From Gekko japonicus (lineage: Eukaryota), in the NCBI RefSeq assembly GCF_001447785.1, contig NW_015165235.1, positions 1,535,590-1,599,589 on the forward strand: 64,000 nucleotides of DNA. The letters run 5' to 3'. The notes under the pieces are model-generated. The model was given only the letters and a program-made list of their open reading frames with translations, had not been told where the DNA came from and did no database searches. Each line of letters starts with the position of its first letter. Position 1 is the stretch's first letter. This document shows, piece by piece, positions 47,661 to 56,994 of the stretch. The translations under genes were made by a program, and so were the position numbers.

Positions 47661-49860
47661 AAAGCCAACCCATCTGTAATTCAACAGGTTTGGGTGGACC
47701 TCATCCACCAGACAGACATACTGCTTTAATTAAGCAGAACTATGCTCTTACGTATTCTGGGTATTTTTTTGTCAAATAGGTATAATTTTAACAAAACTCA
47801 CTTATGAAATGTTGAATTTCAAAAAAAACCATAAATGTACAGTTCTGGTCACATCAATGTGCATTCCAAAATATTCCCAAATGGGGTTTGCTGAAGTGCT
47901 TACGCCAGATTTTCCTTTCTGAAATCCAATAGCCTCTTGGGAAGCCCATAGATTGAGCCCCTAACATAGTCCATGGCCAGTTGTAAAATATTTGTAAAAC
48001 TTTTCTTAAAGTTACATGAGCAGATTCTCATAGTATATAATTAAAAGTCAGAATCCTCATTCTATGATATCTTGGATTGACATAACTTAATTTAAAAGCA
48101 TCTTATATATATTTACATAAGATCTGATTTAAACATTTTAAAATGTGATATAAAAAAACATTGTTTTTTATCAGTACTTAATTGATAATCCAAGCTAACA
48201 CGGTTTGTAATCCAATTAACATTGCAAATAGTAAAACTTCCATTCACCATCACCACTAGCCTGGTATTTTCACAGCCCAGTTGTCCTTTTTTGGCAGAAT
48301 ACAGAGGAAAGTGGCTCTAGAACCTTTCCCTTTTACAACATTGTTTACTGCTGTACAGGTGACAATGTCTCCAAAGTACAGCCAGTTGCCACTTAGTTTA
48401 CCTTTTGTAAACAAAAACATATCCCAGGAAAATTCACCTCGAAAATCTATGCATTTTGTCATTCAGACAGATTTTTCACCCCAGCCTGTGGAACATAATG
48501 GCATAGAAAAAGAGTTCATTAAGAAAATTCTGAAGTGGGGAACCATTTTTAAATGCTCTGGAGAGATATAGCCCTTCCTGACAACCTAAAAATATTTACA
48601 TCACCACATTTTTGGGAGAGGAAAAATACCCCAGTCTCAGAAGCATTAGGGGTTATTAATTTTAAATGTCTTTAAATGTTTTCCTTAAAAATTAATAAAG
48701 TTTATGTTACTTGTCAAGTGTCTTGGGATCAAACTATAGTTTTTGTTGTTCATCATTTTAAAGCATTATAGCATTGGAAAGGAACCATACTGGTGCAAGT
48801 TATTCAATATGAAAAAGGGAAAGGTGTATCTATGCAAAAGGAACATTCTGACTGGACCTGCTGGACCTCCTGATGGCACCTGGTATTTTTGGCCACTGTG
48901 TGACAGAGTGTTGGACTGGATGGGCCATTGGCCTGATCCAACACTGGCTTCTCTTATGTGCTTATGACTCATGCCAAAGTGTGTTTTCAAGTCCTGGATG
49001 TTTTAGGTCCAACATACGTTACACTCCCCATCCCAGCCATGTGATTAAGAGATAAAAGAAAGCAAAATTGCCATAAAAGGGGGGAAAAATAGGATTCCAC
49101 TTTGGCATTAAAGTCAGATGCTGGGTCTGAAACAGCTGCATCCCACATGACAGAGAAGATCTCTCTACATCTTTGCTGTCCCTCATAATTGAATCAGTAC
49201 CCTCATGTATGTGGCATATTTGCAATTCAGTTTTAATCTTACATAGGAGATTTTTGGTTACAGAAATGTTTTAGATCTACATGCAACTCCTTTCCAGATT
49301 TAGCTGAAACAGCTACTAGAATTTTAGAAAAGAACCTGAAGAAATCCTTAAGGTTATATCTTGACCAATTTTCAAAGATTATAGAAGACATTAAATGTTT
49401 ATGATCTTGTTCTTCAAAAAAGGAAGCAAGATTGATTTCTGCCTTACCACAAGCAGTTTTTCTGTTTGAATCTGATCAGCAGGAAACAGTGATGCAAAAA
49501 GAAAGACTTCTAATGCCGTGGCTGCCAAAATGGTTTCTCCACTGTACACAACCATCCCTGCCAAGGTGAGTGAATATGGACAATACACTTTCTAAAACTG
49601 GTAGTGTACTTGGAAATAGCTCATTGGAGCTACTTTGGTCATTTGCACAATTATCTACAGGTTAAGCACTCTCAACTCAAGCCAATGGTTTGCTGGCATA
49701 ATCAAAGGCTAGAGTGCAGGAGGAACGATACCTGGTTAAGCAAGGAGGCTCTTCTCAGACCTCTAACCTTCAGTTCTGAGCAACAGCCTGTGTATTCTCT
49801 CTGAAGAGGCAACAGAAAATTGCACTAAATTATAAATATTAGTATCTTAATAAGGTGGAA

Positions 49861-50417
49861 GAACAGAACTTTCCCTATGAAGAAAGGTTAAAACGCTTGG
49901 GGCTCTTTAGCTTGGAGAAACGACGGCTGAGGGGTGACATGATCGAAATTTATAAGATTATGCATGGGAGGTAATGCATGGGAGAAAGAGGTAATTTTCT
50001 CCTTTTCGCACAATACAAGAACTCATGGTCACTCAATGAAATTCTGAGCAGTCGGGTTAGAACAGATAAAAGGAAGTACTTCTTCACCCAAAGAGTGATT
50101 AACACATGGAATTCACTGCCGCAGGAGGTGGTGGCGGCTACAAGCATGGACGGCTTCAAGAGGGAATTGGATAAGCATATGAAGCAGAAGTCCATCAGTG
50201 GCTATTAGCCACAAGGTATCGATAGGAACTCTCGGGCTGGGGCAAGTGATGCTCTGTATTCTTGGTACTTGGGGGGGCAACAGTGGGAGGGCTTCTAGTG
50301 TCTTGGCCCCACTGCTGGACCTCCTAATGGCACCTGGGATTTTTGGCCACTTTGTGACAGAGTGTTGGACTAGATGGGCCATTGGCCCGATCCAACATTG
50401 GTTTCTCTTATGTTCTT
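49861..50417 (+). mobile_element. CR1 3' fragment
   Basis: Encodes RTDKRKYFFTQRVINTWNSLP and has the same 3' UTR and tail as 20973-22911. Shorter tails of this family lie at ~25303-25430, 35082-35330, 35901-36062, 40500-40830 and 48858-48966. Confidence 0.9.
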
Positions 50418-51815
50418 AACAAGTGCCAACAGTGCCCAGGGGTGCACGCTTGGTTATATGATTCTTAAATTCCCCGCAGAAGCCATGCAGGGGGAGAAGA
50501 AATCTTAGTGGGAACTAACAGCTTTTGATGTCCTTGGAGTATATAAGCAAGAGAGGCCCTTTTACTTAAGGCAAAGGGGAAACATGCAAAGCATGATAGA
50601 TATACACTTTACTTTCTTGGTACAAAGGACTGAAGGGTGAAATTACCTATAATTCACCAACCACCATATGAGGATGTTTTTCTGTATTCTGGGTGCTGGA
50701 TTTAATTTCTGCATTTAAAACTACAGAGAATAGGGACAAAGGAATTCCTGCAGTTATCAGAAACTGAACTCTGCTGTTCACTAGACATCCATATCCTCCA
50801 TCTAAAACATTAATTCCTGAAGCACAGCTTGGCAAAGGCCTTTCGAATTAAAGTGATTATTTCTGGATTTTCAAACTTTCCTTCAGAGCAACAGACCCTC
50901 TGATTGAAAAAAGCAAGAGTATCTTCCTCTTACGCAAATTCATTACAGAGCACAGCGTGCACTAAAAGCACAGGATGTTGTTACACAACAAAGCATCTGG
51001 GAAGATTAATCCTGATTAAAAGGAGGAGGGGAAAAAATTACATGAAGAACTTCATTCGGCAAAACAGAATGGCCGCAAAATAGAAGATGCAGAAAAACAG
51101 AACAGGTATCAAGACAGACTGTACTTTAAAGATTTAAGATAACGTGCGCCTCATCTTGAGATATGTTTCACTGACCATTTTGGAGAAGCTCCTATAGCCA
51201 TTTCCCCTCTTAACAGCTCCAGCCGAAATCCATGGCCTCAGTAGCTTGGGAAACTAGTACGAATGAAGTTAACTTTGCTACAAGAGAAAATTATTTATTC
51301 CTAGCCTGGCAACTGATGCATCTCCCACTCCAATACAAGCCAGGGGAGTTCTGAAGTCAATCAAGCAGCTTCTAGTATAACCAGTTTCAATTTGGGGGAA
51401 GACAATTAATTACTTTACTTAAATATTCCAGTAAATGGTACCTTGAACAGAAGTATATCCCTCTTGAACATTACAGTCCCATCAGAAGTCACTGCAGAAA
51501 TCCTCAACTGCATTCACACGACACAGGTCAGACACACTGAGACAGCTACTCCTCAGTTGCTTTCCATTATAAGAGAGGAGGTGTGTGGAATTGCTTTTTA
51601 ATGATTATTATTTATCTGTAAATCACTCTGAGCCCACATGAGTGGGANNNNNNNNNNNNNNNNNNNNNNNNNNNNNNNNNNNNNNNNNNNNNNNNNNNNN
51701 NNNNNNNNNNNNNNNNNNNNNNNNNNNNNNNNNNNNNNNNNNNNNNNNNNNNNNNNNNNNNNNNNNNNNNNNNNNNNNNNNNNNNNNNNNNNNNNNTGGT
51801 CTTGGCATTGTAGAA

Positions 51816-51856
51816 CCTGACGTTTCGCCAGTAACTGTGACTGGCATCCTCAGAGG
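51816..51856 (-). ncRNA. Minimal type I hammerhead ribozyme of Penelope-like element type
   Basis: Minus strand reads CCT-CTGAGGA-T-GCCAGT-cacagtt-ACTGGC-GAAAC-GTC-AGG. Core CUGANGA and GAAA are intact, stem II is 6 bp, stem I is CCU/AGG, helix III is the palindromic ACGU type, and the cleavage triplet is GUC. Confidence 0.85.
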
Positions 51857-51879
51857 TATAAACACAGAAAGATGACATA

Positions 51880-52045
51880 TTTGCCGTCCCCGTCTTCTTT
51901 GACCTTCAATCTTTCCCAGCATCAGGGTCTTCTCCAGTGAGTGCTCCCTTCTCATTTGGTGGCCAAAGTATTTGAGCTTCAGTTTCATTATCTGGCCTTC
52001 CAGGGAACAGTCAGGGTTGATTTCTTTTAGGATTGACTGGTTTGA
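51880..52045 (-). mobile_element. RTE/BovB-like fragment
   Basis: Encodes KLKLKYFGHQMRREHSLEKTLMLGKIEGQRRRGRQ. Confidence 0.85.
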
Positions 52046-52377
52046 ATTGACTTATTGTTGTTGTTGTTGTCAGGATAACGTTTTATGTGATTCGTACAAT
52101 AAATGGGAATATCCACTGTAGTTTATGCAGTTCACACAAATAGGAAGGCCAGTCTTAATTCAGATTACTCTTCCCTCATGGGACATTACAGCTAGGTGTA
52201 GAGCATTAGATGTGTCTGCAAAGGCTGTTCATGTTGTTCTTCCATGCAATGTATGCTGCCCTAAGCCCTTCAGATAAAAGATGGGATCATGATAATAATA
52301 ATGTAAATAAAATACAATCAGAAAGGAAAGGAAGCAGGGAGAAAAACCTCAGAGGTCAGTCTCAGATTAAAGACTCT

Positions 52378-52506
52378 TTAATATGTTTTCTTCCAGGACC
52401 TAATATACAACTGCAGAGGTAATAAAGGACTCTTCCGGTGCAAGCTTGGATGAAATATATTGAAATCAGCTTTCTGTATTTTATTTAAATAATCCTCAAG
52501 AGCAAC
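52378..52506 (-). CDS. NDUFAF6: NDUFAF6 terminal coding exon ([42 protein letters not shown])
   Basis: Polypyrimidine tract plus AG acceptor at 52507-52508, then 42 codons and TAA. Matches the recalled human C-terminus [42 protein letters not shown]. Upstream exons were not found in the window. Confidence 0.95.
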   Translation of the reverse strand, partial: VALEDYLNKIQKADFNIFHPSLHRKSPLLPLQLYIRSWKKTY

Positions 52507-52934
52507 CTGGAATAAAAAAGAGAGATAAACAAAGTCAGCTACACAGCAAAAGGCCACTTTACAAAGATAGGAATGAATTATCACGGTATGAAATATACCA
52601 CTCAGAAGATGTTGCACTATCAAAAAGAGAAGCAACAAAAAGGGATCAAATTCATATTTATGGCTAAAGATACAAGCCCTGAATTTCATAGAGGTCCCTG
52701 TATCAGACACTGAGAATATTGTAATTTCCATGCATTAATCTGCCCATCAGTTAAGATCATCTTCTTTATGTACCCTGACTACCAGAGGCAGGAGGCTACT
52801 GGAGAGAGGATGTACTCTGGATCACCTGATATCACTTTTAGTCACATTTTGGTGCCAGGCAACATCCATCCAATCCTATCATTGTGATCCCAGTTATTTT
52901 CTGTGGGCTAAAAAAAATGCGGAGTTCCACTTAC

Positions 52935-52991
52935 TGTGTAAAGAAAGGCAGGAAAAGCTTTAACAGGAACATTCTTTCTGAAGGACCGAGC
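52935..52991 (-). CDS. NDUFAF6: NDUFAF6 penultimate coding exon (ARSFRKNVPVKAFPAFLYT)
   Basis: On the minus strand: ...tcttccttcAG|GCT CGG TCC...TAC ACA|GTAAGT. The exon is 57 nt, phase 0/0. The peptide matches my recollection of human NDUFAF6 ARSFHKTVPVKAFPAFLQT and joins in frame to the next exon. Confidence 0.93.
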
Positions 52992-53671
52992 CTGAAGGAA
53001 GACAGAAAGCAGGTTACATTGCAAAGAATACTTCAAGCACGGAACCTATAGAAGCTGCCCGGATTCCATCTGAATATACTGCAAACTACAAAAAGATTTA
53101 TTGAACATGTCAACAGCCTGGCACTAAACAGAAAATAAAATACATACAAATTATTTGGAAATGGATGCTATGACTCTGGTATTTCCTCAGTAACTTTTGA
53201 CTAAAAGGAAAAGGATCAGGCTGTAAATCATCTTTCTTCTTCCTGCCATGCGATCATTCCAGTGATTCACATGAATTCCTTCTACTGTCAAAGAAGTTAC
53301 ATCAGTTAGCACTGTAGCCACAATCCAGGAATGAGACAGCGAGGAAGCCAGACTCTGATCTGTGCACCATCAGAACTGGTTGCTCGAGCTATTAAGACCT
53401 AGAAGGGCTTTTATTCTGTACTGGGGCAGAGGCCACAAGTAGAGACAACACAAAATTGCATCACTCTTGGGCTCTAAGGAGACTGTGTATAGTCATCTGT
53501 GCAGTCACATGCATGGATTCTGGACAGGCATAACACTCATTTGTGGGCTGCACAGACACCACAGAAAAGAGAAGAACAGAAAAGTTTTGCTTGGCTGGGG
53601 CTGGCTGACAGCTACAGTCAAAGGGGAAAAATATTTCACAGATATAACAGCATTCTGGGCATAACAGAGGT

Positions 53672-54252
53672 ATGAATGAAATTTTATTACAGCATCCAGC
53701 CAGAGCAATCCAAACACTTCAGCAAGGGGCACCAAAATAAAATATTGCAAAATATACAATATAAAAATATAGAATACACATAACAGATTCACTAAAAACA
53801 CACTAAAAAGGAGAGATTTGCAGTTTTACAAGTTAAGCCGTACTTCTTTAACGCAACGGCATGCCACCCAAAATTTAGCCACAATCTTAGTAAGAGAGTG
53901 GTTTTCATAACAGTTTATTACAATGATCCAAGTCTGTCAGCCCAGGCATCTCTTCAATAAGAGGTTGAATCAATCTATCTTGAACCTCACTGTACCACTT
54001 ACATCTAAACATCATGTGTTCAATAGTTTCTATCTCCCCAGACTCACATTTACAAAGTCTCTGTACAAGGGGAACTCTTCTGTATCTGCCCTTGAGTACC
54101 GCAGAGGGAAGAGCCTCACATCTAGCTAGTGTGAAGGCTTTCCTATATTTATTTATATCAAGGTGTGTTAGATATGCCTTCGGGACTGAACGATATCTAA
54201 TTTGATTAGGCACTCTGAATTTAGGGTATCTATCAAGATCCACTTGTCTCTC
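53672..54252 (-). mobile_element. RTE-X-like LINE, 3' part with C-terminal Cys/His motif and AATAAA-(ATTC)n end
   Basis: Encodes RKAFTLARCEALPSAVLKGRY...RLCKCESGEIETIEHMMFRC. The 3' end on minus is taataaaattcattcat. A possible GTATGA TSD lies at 53670-53675 and 56995-57000. Confidence 0.65.
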
Positions 54253-54819
54253 GACTTCCGGCGGTGCGGTGCGGCGACGGGCGGGGAGTTTTTCGAGCTC
54301 CCGACGCCCGATTCCCTTTTGCGTTCTTTGGGGCTTTCCCGGCTCCCGGGTAGCCCCACCAGACCTCCCGGAGAGAGGTCTGGGGCAAGAGGCTTTGTGG
54401 TGGCCCTTCCCGTTTTTGGCACAGCGGAGAGGTGACCACTGCCTGCCTCGAAGCAGACGCGGATGAGTGGAGGGGAACATGGCCGCCATGTTCCCCGTAG
54501 CTGCAGCCTCCGTCCTGTTTTTATCTTATCCGCTACATTGGATTACAAGAAATGAAGAAACCTTTAAGATTTAACAGTGCACACATCCTTGAGGAAATGT
54601 TGCCCCGAAAATGGTCAGCAAAAGGAGGATGAAGGAGGCGGCCAGACAAAGAGAGGCTGAGTACTTTATTCCTGTTTTGGAGTATTTGGGTCAATTTCTG
54701 TCATTCCCCTGAGAAAGTAAAACTTTATATATGTAGAGTGCTCTTTGTCCCCCAGCTTCATAAGAGGCTTGACTGTAAGTAGTAACCCTTAAAAGCTGAA
54801 GGACGTTTTCTTTTAAGAA

Positions 54820-55479
54820 ATGGCGGCTATGGGGGAGAAAGGGACGGAAGAGACATCGGAGAAAAGTTTGTTTGTGATGGACATATCTGTAGAACAGTTT
54901 ATGAAGATTATGAAAGAAGAGCTATCTAGGACGTTAAAAGAGGGATTACAAAAAGCAATAGGAAAAGCATTTGTAAGCTTTTATGAAACCCCTACTCAAG
55001 TAATTGAAATTGAAAATCAAGAATCCCCTAAAAGGAACGTGGAAGAGGCTGGAGAACTGCAGGAAGATAAAGAGGACATAGAATCACCATGTTCCCAAGC
55101 TTCAAGTCAAAAGGGGAAGAAACTAAGAGGTAGAAAGAGACAAGGAAAGACAAGAAGAAAGGGAAGGAGATATAGACTTCTATTTGTTAAAAAGGACAAA
55201 AAGAGGAAAGATGGACAAGGTCGATGTGAGACAAGGAATAAAAAAGATAAAAGGAAGGAGAGTTGGGACTTTTTGGCAAAAATCCAGAAAAGAGTGAAAA
55301 TTCGAGGGAAGGGCCAATGGTGTAAAGAAAACCAATATATAGATAGACTGGAAAAACAACATGTAGATAAGCTGCTACGAGACAAAAAGCTAAAGAATTA
55401 TAGAAATCAAATGAAATTATATGGACTATATATATGTTTGATTATATCTGTTTTGTTTGTAAGCAATGTAACAGTCTGA
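54820..55479 (+). CDS. 219-aa ORF of the non-autonomous retroposon; unknown protein (helical/acidic N-terminus, very basic middle, hydrophobic C-terminus)
   Basis: Open frame with ATG in a good context (gaaATGG). I recognise no domain, and translation is unproven. Confidence 0.4.
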   Translation: MAAMGEKGTEETSEKSLFVMDISVEQFMKIMKEELSRTLKEGLQKAIGKAFVSFYETPTQVIEIENQESPKRNVEEAGELQEDKEDIESPCSQASSQKGKKLRGRKRQGKTRRKGRRYRLLFVKKDKKRKDGQGRCETRNKKDKRKESWDFLAKIQKRVKIRGKGQWCKENQYIDRLEKQHVDKLLRDKKLKNYRNQMKLYGLYICLIISVLFVSNVTV

Positions 55480-55528
55480 AGGCTAAATTATAAAAGCTCT
55501 GTATCTATGTGAATGAAATGAATAAGAT

Positions 55529-56109
55529 AAAATGCTTAGGGAAATATTTTGGGTTGTCTTGTACTGCTTTTAAGATGTTATACAAGAATTTGGGGGAATG
55601 AAATATTCAGTTTTAATATGCATTGATTTATGGGTCCTGTCGATTTAAGTATGATATTTAGAAAATGAATTGTGGCCCTACGTATAAGACAAAGAGATAT
55701 ATAGGGTGACCAGATGCACCAAATGAAGTAATTTGAGTGTGATTGACTGTGATTTTGATATATTAATGTTTATGATATATTTCTGGGTATGGATAATTAT
55801 ACTTGTGCTCTTACAAAATGCTCATGGAAATATTTTGGGGTGTCTTGTATTGCTTTTAAGATGTTATAGAAGAATTTGGGGGAATGGAATATATAGCTTT
55901 AATATGCATTGATTTATGGGTCTTGTTGATTTTAGTATGATATTTAGAAAATGAACCGAGGAATAAGTCTGCGTATAAGACAAAGAGATATACAGAGGGG
56001 CCAGAGGCACCAAATGAAGTAATTTGAGTGTGGTTGAATGTGAAGTTATTTTGATATATTATTCTTTATGATATATTTTTGGGCATTGATAACTATATCT
56101 GGGCTCTTA
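55529..56109 (+). repeat. Diverged tandem duplication (~286 + ~295 bp) in the retroposon 3' region
   Basis: Both units begin aaaatgct..ggaaatattttggg.tgtcttgta (55529 and 55815) and align throughout with scattered substitutions. Confidence 0.85.
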
Positions 56110-56552
56110 AAAAGTGAAATGATGTAAAGAAATAAGGAGGGTCTTTGAAAATGAAAGGATGGAAAGATAAAAATAGTCTAGCCATAGAATACTAAGAATT
56201 AACGAGTTTAATGACAAGTTGAAACTAAAAGAAATATAACTGAATAACCTTCTCTAAGGGAGTTAACATGAAGAAGGTTTAGGAAGAGGAGAAAGAGGGA
56301 AATTGAAAAGTTCTCAATATTGGATGTGTGTAACTGCAGGTTGTATTTTGGTAATTTTGGTAATGGTATAGAAGGGAAAGTATGGAGTTTGAGAACTAAA
56401 TTGTGTTGTAAAGTTATGTGCAATATAGAGATAGTAGCAGAATTGGTGGGGGGTGGTGAGGGGTGGTGGGGGTTGTTTATATGTTCATATGTATGATGTT
56501 ACCGTACCTTGGTAAAGTGTTGAAAATCAATAAAAATACTTTTTTTAAAAAA

Positions 56553-56994
56553 AAGATCCACTTGTCTCTCTATATCCATTATTCTCTGTTTGAGAGCTAG
56601 TTTAGCCTGATCCCAGCTCATATCTAGAATCACCTGAGGGGAGAATCCAAGTAATTGTAATTTATTGTGCACTGATTTCAACCATTTAGATTGAAAGTTA
56701 TCCGACAGTAACAAATGGATTAATCCCTCAGGTTGAACATTCATTTTAAGCCAATAATGGAGCGAGGCCAAAGTAATTTTGGCTTCCATCTTCAAGGTAC
56801 CAGTTTCTAATCTTATTAATGCATTCGGGACACATCTCGGGACCTGAAGGATAGCTCTAAGGAATTTGGTTTGAACCCTCTCAAGAGAAGCAAAACTGGA
56901 AGAAGAGGGGCCAACTAAAGTGCCATAGAGCATTTGTGCGACTGCCTTTGCCTGAAAAAGATTTTGGGCAGCTGGAATGAAAAGAGCCCCTTTT
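56553..56994 (-). mobile_element. RTE-X-like LINE, 5' part (post-RT region), interrupted by the 2.3-kb insertion
   Basis: The ORF MLYG...LERVQTKFLRAILQVPRCVPNALIRLETG...DIERQVDL continues in frame with ERQVDLDRYPK... on the other side of the insertion. The clade assignment is tentative. Confidence 0.65.

Larger units (their letters stand above)
54253..56552 (+). mobile_element. Complete non-autonomous poly(A) retroposon (L1-type insertion signature) with a single ORF
   Basis: Perfect 18-bp TSD AAGATCCACTTGTCTCTC at 54235-54252 and 56553-56570. The 5' end is CpG-rich and starts GACTTCCGG. AATAAA lies at 56529-56534, followed by a short A tail. No RT or endonuclease is present. Confidence 0.88.

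Noticed and set aside
49442-49571. Exon-like segment (minus AG...GTAAGG; plus AAG|GTGAGT)
   Set aside because: Splice-like words occur on both strands, but there is no recognisable peptide or supporting exon chain. RNA-seq would be needed.
53905-54489. 194-aa minus-strand ORF as a novel gene
   Set aside because: It is a chimeric frame: the antisense 5' end of the inserted retroposon reads through the TSD into the host LINE C-terminus.
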